Shown here piece after piece: positions 26,672 to 40,104 of a stretch of 64,000 nt of DNA (position 1 is the first letter of the stretch; each line of letters begins with the position of its first letter). This DNA is from Phoronis australis (Eukaryota; Animalia; Phoronida), in NCBI GenBank assembly GCA_002633005.1, contig NMRA01000022.1, positions 300,056-364,055 of the forward strand, written 5' to 3'. A program made the translations under genes and the position numbers. The notes under the pieces were generated by a model. The model was not told the origin of the DNA. It saw only the letters and a list, made by a program, of their open reading frames with translations, and searched no databases.

Positions 26672-28164
26672 AACTATGCCCGTGTCCCTGGGCAATAGAT
26701 TAGTAAACATGCATAAGTACAACAGGTATAGAATACTGTCCTCCTGTTCCAGTACTCAATCAGTCAATAGTGTTTTCTCACCTAATCACCTTGATGGCTT
26801 TAAAGCATGCATTATTTATCCATACTTTGCCAATTCACCAGTTGTTAACCTGGTCTAGTCACTTGAATGGGCTTTTGATAGGGTAAAGGTGACAGTGTCA
26901 CTATTAATCAACCGGCAATTCCGTTTGGAAATACTGGCGTTTTTTTCTACTACTGGGTAAAAGTCTCAGCAACTTTGAACTCAAATAATAGCGGAAATCA
27001 TCGTTTTCACATTTTTGAAAGACTTCAAACTCTATAACAGTTATGAATGTCCTTGATTTTTCAAAATTTTGTTTGCTGGCGGCTTTGATACAGAACTCAA
27101 ACAGGGAAATGCATTAATTTGGTGCTTTGTATCTTTAATGAAAATTTTTGAAAATAAAGTTGCAAGTGTCCTCCACACTGCGTCTTAAATCTGGGAAGAT
27201 TTACCTAATTAAGTAATAGAGCAGTGCACAGCTGTCTTGATGGTAACAACTGGGAACAAAAGTTTCAAGCGTCAAACTTTCTGAGCCATGACTCTGGTTT
27301 CCAATTTCAGCATTTCGGACTCATGGATTTTGAATTCTGCGTTTTATTTCTGGTTTGAATATCATTGGTCAAGACACGTTGTGTACGTAAGTTCTGATTT
27401 ATACAGTTTTAGAAGAAGTTAATCAACAATTTCAGAGTACATTAGAAGAGATTTTTTGCGGCTGCACTTGATTATTTACTCTTCACTTTTTATTTGCAAG
27501 CCAACATCTTTTTCGTAAACAACAGCAAAAAATCAGCAAGCTGTTCCCATAGAGATAAAATTAAAAGAGTCTATAACAACCACTCGACCTTTGGGAGTAT
27601 ATTTTTATGTCTAATAACGTCGCTTGGCCTTGATATGAACTCCAACTTAATCTGCTTTGATAGTAGTATAGGATTCAAGTTATTCGCAAACTGAATAAGT
27701 CTGACTGAGGATGCTGTGTTGAGGGTTCTTGTATCTAGAGATGTTCCTGCTCAACGTCCCCTGATAAGCATGCCGGTGTTTTCATTCTGCGTAATGGATG
27801 TGTGGATCTCTTTGATCTGAGCTTGGAATGATACTAGTCAGTGGCGTCACGCTTCACTGAACAAGGCTCGTTAATTGGGCGTGATAAATTACGAAGATTG
27901 ATATAAGGCTGCATGTGTTTGTGGGCGGCCTCAGGTAATTTTATTTTTTACTTGACGTTGATGATGTTAGATCTGTGCAAAAATACATTGATGGTCTTGA
28001 TAAAACTGTCGTTAGTACACTGCGCTGTTCTTTAAAGAAACAGTAAAATCTGATTTTGGACTATCATTGCTGTTATTAGTATATCATTTAAATTAGTCTG
28101 ATATTGTTCCGAATGCCCACAATATTTTGAACGCCATCTGGTGATAACTCCGATAGTTTATAAG

Positions 28165-28599
28165 TTGAGTTGCAGTCAGTATGAATGGTTAATAGCACCA
28201 GTTAACTTTGCAGTAAAGAGGTGGATTTAACAGTGGAGCATCGTTGCTATGGTGCAGTATGAATGGTCAACTTCGGTCACATCAAAGTTATCACCAGGAG
28301 TCACTGTCAACAATTAAAGAGCAGTTTCGTAGCTAATAGTTGCTTATATTTTGTTCGAATAATCACCGATCAAATTAGAAATAAGTTTTTTCAATTAGCA
28401 CATGTAAATGTTCCCAAACTGTCTCGTTAAAAAAATCTTAGCATGTATGCAATTCATGAGCTACTACGTTGCTATTACTTCGATGACAACAGTGCCATCT
28501 ACTGTTTACTTTGATGTCTCTTAACTACCAAAGCCAGTATGAACTGTTCAGTTATGTTCTCAGTTGCTTAGACCAGAGTTAAGTCAGTATGAAAGGGCC
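28165..28599 (-). mobile_element. MITE family B, diverged inverted copy
   Basis: Ends gcttagaccagagttaagtcagtatgaaagggcc, the reverse complement of the left end of 15403-15906. Internal blocks (cccaaactgtc, aaaaaatcttagc, aagccagtatgaac) are collinear in reverse. Confidence 0.7.
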
Positions 28600-31500
28600 A
28601 TTAGGTGCCCCATGTTGCTTTGGAAACATTGAGAATATTGCATTTCAGATGTCTTCTCTACTTTGGCCTAAGTTGGCAAGATTTTCACGACCATGCGGTC
28701 ACAATCACATTGCAGTTGCCCCATGTCATGTTGAAGCCATGAGATACGGGTTTCTAAAGAACTTTTGGCCGACTTTTAGATGTGTGTCATGATCGCAAGT
28801 GTGGTAAAGTTTGAAAATATTTGGACAAAAATATTTGCTTGAGCTTCCAACATTGTTATGAATGCTGCAGTTTCTCAAAATATGGTGCTGTGGTTAAGCC
28901 TACCTATGGTGGACAACACGGACATGGGAAAGCATTAACAGAAATTAAATTATGTACCATGTTGCATCCTGCTCTAGAAAAACTTCACTAACGTTTCTTT
29001 TTGATCCCATGTCCAGATCGAGTTACTGTATATTCTCGGGACAGCATTACAGACTGCATGATAGCAGCGTCATAGAAAATTGTCATTGTGATGGGAGATG
29101 TTTTCCTGCTGGAGTCATGTTTCTCCCAAGCTCCCCAAGTGGTAGGCTATTCACTGAAGTGGCACAGTCTCCTCTGATACACCCAGTATAGTTTGGCCAC
29201 TTCTAAACCATTGATGGCCACTGATAGCCATTATCAGGAACACTTCACCGAATTTCGAACAAAGTAGAGCTATTATCTGCCTCTGCAAATACTCTTATGG
29301 CCTCAGTCAATAATAGTAAACTCTATTTTCTTCTTTACCTTTTGGTGGACTAAAATGATTAAGTTGTTTGCTCAATTGTCATGCCTGTTCGTGACCTGAT
29401 CTACTGATTCACCAACGGAATGTTGAACCCTTAGTGAAGGGGACGGTCTGATTCTTCTCTCAAAGCGTTGGTTGCCTAAAATCCCAAATAAAAAATTGGT
29501 TGTTTGGATCTAGGATGCGCATTGGGAAGCGACCCACTTAACATCTGTGCCAGTTGGATGCCCATCTTCGAGTTAATGTGCTCCTAAAAGTTTCAAATGT
29601 TCATGTTTAATATCACCCTTGCGGCGACCCTCAACTGGTTAGCTCCAGTATTAACCATAACGAGGGTAGTTGAATTAGTCAAAGCTGAATCAGAGCCAAA
29701 ATGGAGAAAGACAATACCTGCCTTGCTTGATTGTAATTTCCACTGTCATGTTTAAGTATAAATAAAACATTTACGTACACTTGTAAATAATCTGATATTG
29801 GTGAGTGGATTTTTATCAGAAATAAAGGACTTTCTCCGATCCACGTCTCTAGAGTATGTTGACGCTGTGCCTCCGTCATAAACTCTCAAATGCTTGAAGC
29901 AAATTCCGTATGGAGTCTGCTAAACTTGCAAGCGTGAGTAACGCTTCAGGCAAGTTAAAAGACAACTGTGGGGAAAGACTGCCCTCCTTGAACCATAACA
30001 TTCATTTCATAACATTGTGAATTAGAGTTTTTCTTTGGACTGCTTTTACTCTGATGAGATAACAATGGTGCATGAGCAGGGGACAGAATGAGGGTAGGTT
30101 GAAATCACTAAAACTAAGTTTAGTGCCCTTTTAAATGTTCTACTGCCAGCTAATCTGCTGTCAAGTGATGGTATGTTTTTACCTCATTGGATTTACCACT
30201 TTGCACTGGGTGCTTGTTTTCTCACCACAGTCAGTTTACATGTTCTTTGTTAATGCCCCATGACCATCCATCCATGTTTTCAGTGTCATTCCAACCACAG
30301 CCGCCAGGTGTTCCAGTTCACATGTAGAGGGCAGCAGATAACCTCACCAAATGCCACAGCCGTTCCCTCCTTGGTCTGAGTGTTTACGGCCTCTTCTCTT
30401 ATCTGAGTGACTTCTTTGACCTTAGCTGTATATTGGTTTAAACCGAACTCAGAAAACATGATGTCTTTCATTTGGATGACAGTGGGAATCTTTGCATTTC
30501 TCGTTGATTCTGTTATGGCATGTATTACGCCAAATAACTAGAAGTCCAAGCAAAGTGTGTCAGAGGATCTAGGGCTGGAGTATTCTTATTATTTTATTGG
30601 TGGACAGCGGGAGCTGGCGTCTCACTGCAATACTTTTGGTTGAGTACGTTTTTTAAAATTACTTCCAGCTTTCATTTATCCTGAAATAAACAGTTTTGAA
30701 TATTTGGGCTCTGCAGATTGTTCATGTCTAGAATGTGTTTTTTGTTTAACCTGTCAACTATTTTGTATTCCTCAGCTGTGGATGTATTTGAATTTACACC
30801 AAACTAAATTGGGAGTGTAACTCAGTTAGGACTGTGATGGCATAAGGTAATGCGATTGACTCAATTGTTATGCCTCGGCTTTTCTTTTGATGCAGGTCTT
30901 CTGAATATTGTTTAATTTTCGTACTATGTTACTCTGAGTCAGGTTGGCGCTTTGATTGATTTAAGTAGGTAGACGTGGGCGAGGTTAAGAACTGAATGAG
31001 TCTTATGAAACCAGGGTTAGTTAGTTATAATTGCCATGGTACAACTTAACACTGGGGGGTAGGATCACACCTAAGTGATTCATCACAACTTGACGGAGAT
31101 AAATGCACCACTACAGCAATTCTCTACTTATTTCGCTCAAAAACAATTACCAAAATTGACATTTTTTCGTTGTTCAAGGGCTGATTTCCTTGCCACAAGT
31201 TATAGGATCATTATCAAGGTTTGTTTTATTACATCTACAAGGTACAACCCATGCTACTGATCAACTGAAATTTGATAAAATAAAGTTTTAGTCATCGGCC
31301 ATATTGTAAGCTAAATTGGCGAGGTATTACTGCACTTGACTCGGGGCAAAGTGATGAGAATGATAGTGATCCAGTTTAAGTGGCCGCCACTACTTGACTA
31401 TGGGATAAAGTGACCTGTGTCTAGCATTAAGTGCCTGAGCGAAACTGATCCCCCACTACTAGACGTGATAACGCTTTCTGGGGTCAACTCCAACTGTTGT

Positions 31501-32122
31501 ACGAATACTTTTTCATGATAAGCATTTAAAGATGGAGCAAAATGATCCAGTCCAATTGATAATGTGAACGAACATTGATTCATCACAACTTGCCTGGGGT
31601 GGGATAGTTACACCTTATATTTTGTGGTTGCACAATTTGAGTCTGATGTATTTACTCTTTCACCAAAAATACTGTTGTAGACGATTTTCCCTTGTCTGTC
31701 AGCACATACAGTGAAATTTCACATTTCTGATTTTCTCGTAATAGGTATCTAGCATCTAATGCCTTACCGTGTTCACCCTCTGTAGATACTTACTATTACA
31801 ATGTATCTTGAAATATTTTGGACATTCACACCAATGTTAGAAGACATTGAAACCAAAAAATTGTTAATTTTAGCAATTATTTTTGTCTGAAATTGATAAG
31901 GTGTCATCATATCTAAGGCTCTTTTCAGTTGGTCTGTAACTCAGATATGTTTAATGCATCTTTAAGAATCAACGATGGCTTGATTATGATTCATCGCCTT
32001 TATTGCGTGCTGTGTTATGTAAGTAGTGGATTGTATTCATACAGTTATGCAAATGAGCCAAAATGTGTGTAAAGATTAGAGCTTTGTTCCTTTGTGGGTT
32101 ACCAGCATGGAAGTGGCCTGTA

Positions 32123-32171
32123 CACAGGGTGAATGATCCCACGTCCACAGGGTGAATGATCCCACGTCCAC
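32123..32171. repeat. 23-bp tandem duplication
   Basis: cacagggtgaatgatcccacgtc x2. Confidence 0.85.
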
Positions 32172-32680
32172 CTGATTTGAATAAATTAATGTGGGAACCA
32201 CTAGTAAACCAACCAGTGACGTGAAGTGCAATCTGTAGGGTGTGGAAACGTCAACAAGTAAGTAGTGACACTACATAGTATTTACCCACTATGCTGCACA
32301 TCTGTGGGGCTCCTTCAGAAACGTCCCTTTTTCCTGAAAGATTTTGCATCCACAAAGTGCTGTAAAAGTGACTGTACTTGAGAGCAGAAAATTCAAATCA
32401 GTTGTCATGACAATTGAGTTTGGCAAATTTCTTTTCTCTTAGAAGTTTTGATCTCTGCAGGTGCACTTTGTGTGGTTTGGTAATTATCTATTGCCTTTTG
32501 CCGTGGTACAACCTTAATCATCCTTTGTTCATGTTGCAGAACTGAGCAATAACGCCCTGGATACCCGTAATTCAATGTGGATCACTTCCACAAATATTCT
32601 TGCTCACTGTCACAGCCTAATTGTTTAATTGGTATGTTATTGTCTCTGAAGTTGTTATTTGGTTTTGAGGTGTTTTATGT

Positions 32681-33221
32681 GTTGCAAGTTTGATATAGTT
32701 GGCCATAACCTTGCATGATGTCGTTGCTAGTTTGATATAGTCGACCATAAGCTTGCACGGTGTCATTGCAAGTTTTATATAGTCGACCATAACCTTTGCA
32801 CAGTGTCGTTGCAAGTTTGACATAGTTGACCATAACTTTGCACGGTGTCATTGCAAGTTTGATATAGTCGACCATAACGTTGCATGGTGTCGTTGCAAGT
32901 TCGATATAGTTGACCATAACTTTGCACGGTGACATTGCAAGTTTGATATAGTCGACCAGAACCTTGTACGGTGTTGTTGCAAGTTTGATATAGTCGACCA
33001 TAACCTTGCACGGTGTCATTGCAAGTTCGATATAGTCGACCATAACCTTGCACGGTGTCGTTGCAAGTTTGATATAGTCTACCATAACCTTGCACGGTGT
33101 CATTGCAAGTTTGATGTAGTCGACCATAAGCTTGCAAGGCATCGTTGCACGTTTGATATAGTTGACCTTAACGTTGCACGGTGTCATTGCAAGTTTGATT
33201 TAGTCGACCATAACCTTGCAC
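32681..33221. repeat. 42-bp minisatellite, ~13 units, with 84-bp dimer periodicity
   Basis: Consensus (g/a)ttgcaagtttgatatagtcgaccataaccttgcacggtgtc. The first base alternates G/A from unit 2 to unit 13. Confidence 0.95.
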
Positions 33222-33369
33222 TAAGACTACACCTAGCTGCACGTGCACTGTGCCACCATTCTCCTGATCAATGTTTTGGTGTTTTTCGACATGTTTTCTG
33301 AAAGTTTTCTGGACCTTTTACATTTTATGTACAAATACTATAATAAGGGGAATGAGCGGGACGGAAGGC

Positions 33370-33580
33370 TCCTGTGTATGTAACAGCAGGTGATAATTAC
33401 TTGTGCCTGTCGCAAGGATTGCAGCCACTCAGCGATTAACCATGACACAAGTTACCGTACCTCGATAAAGTGGGCAAGTTGGACTAGTTTAAGTAGTGTC
33501 CTGATAGTTCCTAAACCTAGCGACAAGTGACTCATTCCAGAATCAACTTGCTTTAGGGCAAGTCTGTGTGAGGAAGGCAC
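33370..33580 (+). mobile_element. MITE family D fragment (homologous to 40105-40510)
   Basis: gataattacttgtgcctgtcgcaaggattgcagccac..., cctcgataaagtgggcaagtt..., aaacctagcgacaa..ctcattcc match 40295-40500. Confidence 0.6.
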
Positions 33581-36500
33581 AACCGTAACACTGCATTGTG
33601 TAGGTCACGCAAGACGCTTGCGCTGCACTTGCGGCGAGAAACTTTGGCTTATGGAACGGAAACGGTGAATTCTATCCCATAATTCAGCTTTCGAACATCG
33701 CTAACATCATTTCGGCAGCCACCATTTTGGTAGAGTGCATTAGTGGGCTTCCAAGCATACTCACAAAATATTCTTCTTTCATTCGCATGATGTTGCTTGA
33801 TGTTACGTTGCACAGGCTTGTTCCAGTCCTTGCCTATTGTGCATTTACATGTCGAGATGGCATTAGTTTTACATAAAGCATAGCAAAGGTATCTGTAACA
33901 TAGAAACACAAAACTGCTTGTCCACTGTGAAGGTTTCGTGTCTTTACCTATATTGCGCTAATTTGAATTGGACTTGGGGCCCCATGGTATTACCCAAATT
34001 GGCCATGATTTTGTAATAAAACTCAAATCCAACACCATCTTGTGAATGATGACATTTTAGTCTGCATCATTTTTTCCATAATTTATTGAAATACCCGATT
34101 GTGGTTCTGAGTTAGTTTTGCCTTGACATTTCCATGTGCGCTCTTTTACATGATTCATTACTAGTGCAAAAGCACCCACATCCTAGATCCTTGCTTATGT
34201 AACATATTGAAAATCTAGGCATGGCAATATTTTAAAACTATGTTCCCTGGCTGTTAAGCAGCCAATGTTGAATTGTTAACCCGAAACAGGGTTAAAAAAT
34301 ATTGCAACCCTCAACTGATCTTGAATTGTTGTTGAATGCGCTGGCAGCTAAAGTCACAGACAACGTGTACAAATAATATGCATGCACCATTTTTAAATTC
34401 ACAATTTTAGGTTCGTCAACTGCAATGAAGGATTTTCTTGAGTCTCTGGTAGTTTCAATGTTCTTGTTGGTAACACAAATAGAATGGTATCAGGGTAATT
34501 TTATGAGGCCCATGTTGATTGTCCATTTTTAGCCAACTAAACAGTGCGAAAGGCAGCCTTAAACTATTGAAACAAAACCGTCATATGGAGAAGTCGACAA
34601 CTCGAAAAACCCATAACTTCCATGCATGGTCAACCAATCTATGGCAAGTTCTACAGTTAGCAATTCTATTATTCTGTTAGGCTCAATTATGCCGCTGATC
34701 ACTACCTTGGGGATTGACTATGCCAAACCAGTTGCATTAGTGTCTAAGATCAAAGTACGCTCGCTGCAGGGTTTCTGGCTATGGCTGCAGATAGCAGGCT
34801 GGACAATGCCTCCCAATGAGTATGTAAGTGTTGTCTGTAATCCCTGAGAAGTCACAGGAATGAGGATTATGGGAAAATAGGGATCTAGAGATTTATGCCT
34901 TAATTTCTTAGGTATAAGGAACTGGTGATATTCTGTATGTAACGACTGCTCCGGAGGTGTGAGTGCGTCATTTGCTCTAGAATCCTCTGTTGCAACATCA
35001 GCTTCTACACAAGTTAATTTCTTTTTCATCAGTGTTCTCCTGAAATTATGAATGATAATTTTCACCTGCACGTGAAGAATGGTGATTTTTGTGTTTGCTG
35101 GGATACCTTTGCCACATTTGTGATATTAAGGTCCACGGGGTAAAAAAAAGAAAGCCTCTGTGCTTAGTTTGTGCTTCATTAATTATGAATGCTCTTAGCC
35201 TTTATTTCTATAAATTATCAATCAGGAAGATCTGCTATGATCTTGAAAAATTTAGTCATGGGCTCTGAGTATTTTGGTGCGTTATGATTTCTTCAAATGT
35301 GTCCCATCCTGTAGCTATGAGAAACGTGCCATTTGCTGTGGGCGTATATCGTTTTTGTTCGAGTCATGCTTGTATTTATTTTTTGACATCGTCTTGAGCT
35401 CTTTTTTGAAGATTTTTGGATAGCTTTGTGTGAAAGTTTTGCACGTGTTCTGTAAATTTTCATCTTTTGATCAAGGAGATGTTTGCCATGAGTTTGGAAT
35501 ACGTGAATGCTCTTTTGGGTTAATTTTTGAGGTATTTTGACAAAGCGTGGTTAACTTTTCCTTTATTTTTTCACATTTTATTTTTGAAAGTCTTTTGCCT
35601 TCAATGTTATTGATGTTGTTGAAAGTAACGTCTGCTTGTATCTAGGTGGTTTAAGTTGGTCTTGGTTCTGCCTTAAGATTCAAATTTTAGAAGCAAACAT
35701 TTGCTTATATTAGAAATTAAAAAAATTTACCCTAAAAGGTTTAGTCTGAATATTCTGCTCATAGAAAACTAAAAACTAAACAGATCAGAAGTCATCTCTG
35801 TGAATCTATCCGACAACCATTGGTGTGGAAAATGTAAGCTATGTTGGCAAAAACTGTGGACTTGTAAGAAAGTGTTCCTCTGGAATTCTGGAATTCAGCG
35901 GCATAGCTGGCGGTTTCGTTTCTCTGGTCAACAATCTCAGGTTGACGTCACCACATGCAGCTTGGACACGCTTGACTGAACTGGGGTTCCTGTGCCAAGT
36001 GATGCTTGGCAAGCTGTTTACCAGGAAATTACTGGTATTTGTTCTACTGCAATCCCACTTTTAACTTCCATTTTGTTTTATTGTGCAAGATGGATGGCAA
36101 AGATTTTACTAGCATGTGTCATCATGGAGATTCTTTGGTGTTGTTCATGGGTGACTTGGGTCCCATAGCGGTAATATCTCTGATAGCGATAAAATTGTAA
36201 TGTTTGGGACTATGATAAACCGATCAAGGCCACAGCATGTATTGGCTGTCCCAAATTAAAGAATTCCAATCAGCGACAAACAATCATTCACTTGGATGAA
36301 ATATGCTATGGAGACTCATGAAAACGTTGCGTCAGCAACTATTTCCGATGATTTTATGAGCTTCCAAACTTGTTTGTAGACTCTGCTGTTACATAATGCA
36401 ATATCTGACACGATGAATGTCAAAATTGCAAAACCCAATCTCCTGAATCAAGAAAATTCAATTTGGTTAAATTTCGGGGTTCCAAATTTTGGAGACTGTC

Positions 36501-37611
36501 CAATCTGGAGAATTTTTACAAGAATCAGTTCTGTCGTTGATGGCATTCGGTGCTATTGTCGATATCCATTTTAAGTGTAGACGATCTTTCGACATTTTAA
36601 TGCGACACACTTCCAAGTTTGATTCATAACTATAACTCTACCACGTAATGCATAATTTATAATCAAATCAGTCCAGTCTGTCCTATATTTAGATATCTTA
36701 GGTGTTGTCTGGGGAAAGAATGTTGCTGCTGTTCTTTTCCAAGTTATGGTTAACTAACACTTGCTACCTCATAACGCAAAGTTGTCGTGAGGACTCGATT
36801 GGGACCTCAGGGGTCTCACGCTCCACCGGCTAATTTGAAAAGGCTTTGTCCAGTCACGCGTTGTGGGTAATGAATCGAGATAATGATACCAACAGCCGAC
36901 GCGACAAGCAGAACTACTTTCTTTTACTTCATTTGTGCACTAACTGGAGAAATTTAGAATTAGACTTTTAAACACTATCCGATCTTCAACTTTTTTCGGG
37001 AGACTTAAACCTCNCGAGATGCTCCAGCAGCCAACTCGGGGCGGTCTCTCACGAGGGTTTAGCGTTATGTAATGTTGACAAGAAACCAGAAATTTGGTAG
37101 ATTGACTTAACAGGCACAATGGTCCTACTATTGATGCCTGCATTCAGGTCACAAAGTGGCCTGGTGCCTTTATATTCAACTAACATATCTCAGCAGGGAA
37201 TCTTAATGTTCTCACTCCATCCAGAAAATAAAAAGAGGATCTTTTCTATGTTAGCACCACCTGAGTATGATAGATAATTAGTACATAGGATTTGTTTCCT
37301 GTTTCGCTGCAAGAAAGCAGTGGCCAGAAAAACGATGATCATATTCAGCGACAGATCTTAATTGATTGTTGCTGGATTGATTCTTGCACTGTTTCGTGAG
37401 AACACCAGTGAAGCGTGTCACGTCGCAAAATAGATGGCTGATATCTATGTCAGAGTGATTGCCATCCGCCGACTGTCGATCTGGATTTTCATTAGTCCAT
37501 CTGTAATTGCGTTTCTTTTGCCGATCAGAGATCAAAGCTAACAGTAATGGATCGACTGGTGATCACAAAATTATTCACTGACTCCGGGTAAACCCGTCGT
37601 TAACTCATTAA

Positions 37612-37631
37612 TATTTAGGTCAGCATGACCT
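37612..37631 (+). promoter_or_regulatory. Perfect IR3 nuclear-receptor palindrome (consensus ERE) with an AT-rich RORE-type 5' extension
   Basis: tatttAGGTCAgcaTGACCT: half-sites at 37617-37622 and 37626-37631. Function not shown. Confidence 0.5.
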
Positions 37632-38575
37632 CTTCGTCCATGTGAGGAGGTTTACTCGATGACAAGGCATCTCTGATTAGTGGAGGCGAAGTTTGTAGCT
37701 TTGTGTTTATAATCTTTTATTCATTATAGACTTATTAAAGCATGGTCTAACTGGATACTGCCTTATGGCCGTCTTTGTCTTTTTGCTGTCAGATTACCTC
37801 CCCTGATACTGTTGTCGAAAAAAAATTATGAAATATCGTAGGTTACGCGGTGTTGTGAACAATGAATTGCTAAGACACTAAAATTGAATATCCCGTGGTT
37901 TTCATAGTTTCATCAGTGTCCAATTATTCTTTGTCTTTGCAAATGCTTTAAAATTTCAGTTATACTGTTTTCATTAAAAGTTAGTTTGTATTTGTCATTC
38001 TGATGCAAATAAAGTTTTCTGTTGGATAATGTTATGCATTCATGGAAATACTTGAAAACCGAGTGTGTCGCGATAAAATATTCTGCACCTGTCCAACTCG
38101 GTGCGGCCCACACTCCATTTTGGAAACTCGGGGTCAAAATATGAATTGCATTTTTCTATCTGAATTGGTAAAAGAAGAGTAAATTTTTTTCAGGATGTGG
38201 GGAATTTATTCCATACACACCCGTCGTCAAAACCTCAAGAACTGCGCTGACCATTCGCTCTAACCGTGATTACTCGCTACCACCCTCGTTAATGGATGTT
38301 AACTGTTCACACACAGTTCTAACATTTACGGTTATGTGGCACCTTTGGGAAATGTCCAAATTTGTTTAATTTCGTAACATTATATTTCACATAAATATGC
38401 TGTGCGTGCAGCCGGCGTCTTCATCAACAAACGCGAGAAGCGTCAGGAGAAGAAAATTCAGTCGGTAAAAACAGAAGAAAGCGTCAAAAGTTCTCGGCGG
38501 CATCTTCATCTCGTTGAAACTTTCAGATGCTACACTTCATGCACTGATCTAACTGGTGTTATGAACTGTTTTTAA

Positions 38576-38915
38576 AATGTTCCACTGTTGCGTGAGGGAC
38601 TATCAAAAATAGGACTTTTATCGTTTTCATAAAAAATAAATTTGAATAAAACAAAAACGGAATATTTTAGAAAATGGTAACGGCGTTTTCAAGATCTCAC
38701 CTTGAACATTTTATACCAAATAATGAATTGCTTTGCTAAACGTGTACCTACGTTTCTTTTTTCATAAATTTTACCAAAAAGACATGGTCACGTGACCCAA
38801 TTAATAGTAGGTTGGTAAAAAGTCAAAAACCAAATTCTGCAAGCTTTTTACTTTCAGTAAATATATTTTTGCTGAGTTGAAATGTGGATATTTGGCTAAA
38901 TAGGCATACCAGTCA
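38576..38915 (+). mobile_element. Kolobok-like non-autonomous element, family E (homologous to 53481-53823)
   Basis: Collinear blocks tgttccact..tcaaaaataggactttt, atatttagaaa, ggtcacg.ga.ccaattaat, aaaagtcaaaaa.caaatt, gatatttggctaaa. Confidence 0.65.
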
Positions 38916-40104
38916 ACCCTTACTATTTTAACATGAGCAGTACCTAGAATGGTGGCATTATGTTATCTGAATGATGAGGGCCTTTGTTAGTGCTGCAGAT
39001 GAGAATCTGGTTATGCAATCATTAGTGACTCCTTATAACTTGTCATTCTTATTTGATTGTGGTTTGAATGTTACCTGAGGCTGTAGAGCAGCACCCATGT
39101 CACTATGTAAATTTTGGCATGCACTTGGTGCACAAAGACAGGCTACAGCATTTTCTTTGTTGTTAGACTGTCATAACCAGGTGACTGGGTCATACCTGAT
39201 GTGTGTTGATGCCACAGCACTGTAACTGTAGTGTTGTGTTCTTAATTCTTAAAGGACAGGTAATGGATATTATTTAGCTTTTCTCCACCGCTTGGTCTTC
39301 CAAATATCAGCTACATAAGGGTGGAGTCGTCGGCTTCAGTTTTCCGTTGGCTTCAATTTTCCCTTCCATGCTCACTAACCCATTGAGCTATAGTGAGAGA
39401 ATTGAACAAGAAATGCTATGGTGAAAACAAAATGTAAGGAAAGGTGATGAATAGCTGGTATTTTGAACTTAAGATTCTGTCTAGTTATCTTTCTGTTAGT
39501 ATTCCATTAGGTTTGGCAGTTGGCGAAGTGAAAAAAAGCGAAATGTAAAGCCTACCTCACTTCTGACTAGTAATGGATATTTTTAATATTTTGCCTGGGA
39601 TTTCAAACCAAAAGAAACTCATGGTCGCTTGTCTGTCATTACTCCATCTACATACCACTAACAAGCATAGACTAGTGGATGAAACAGACTGCACTTTTGA
39701 ATGTTGTGGTCACTTAGGTTAACTGTTGGATGGTGTTTATTTAATTGCTGTTGTTTGACCCAGAGCTCAAACCCTTAAACAATATTTGTAGGCTCCTGTT
39801 GTTTGTCGCCAGGTCTGAGTGCCATTGATTTTGTTTCAAATTCGGTAGTTTATTGGCAGTCCTGCATGTGCTCTGTATATGATGAGAGATGGGCGAAAGT
39901 GAAGAAAGGGATATCTGAATTGAAGAGCTGTGGAATATTAATGAAACAGAAAACTGAGAGTATACCATCTGCTAGGTGGCGCATGTGTGCATGGTAATTT
40001 TGTGGCGACTTCAGATTTTTACTAAGTAGCCAAAAAAAATCAGATCAAACTGGCTTGTTGCTGGTCCCCAAATCATGCCGTATTATGGGATTTCTGATAC
40101 TTAA

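Noticed and set aside
32617-33187. 170-aa and 120-aa minus-strand ORFs with 14-aa repeats
   Set aside because: Direct product of the 42-bp minisatellite; a 1-nt insertion in one unit shifts frame; no domain similarity I recognise
14991-33221. Regular short repeats superficially like CRISPR arrays
   Set aside because: Units are head-to-tail with no unique spacers, there are no cas genes, and the context is eukaryotic
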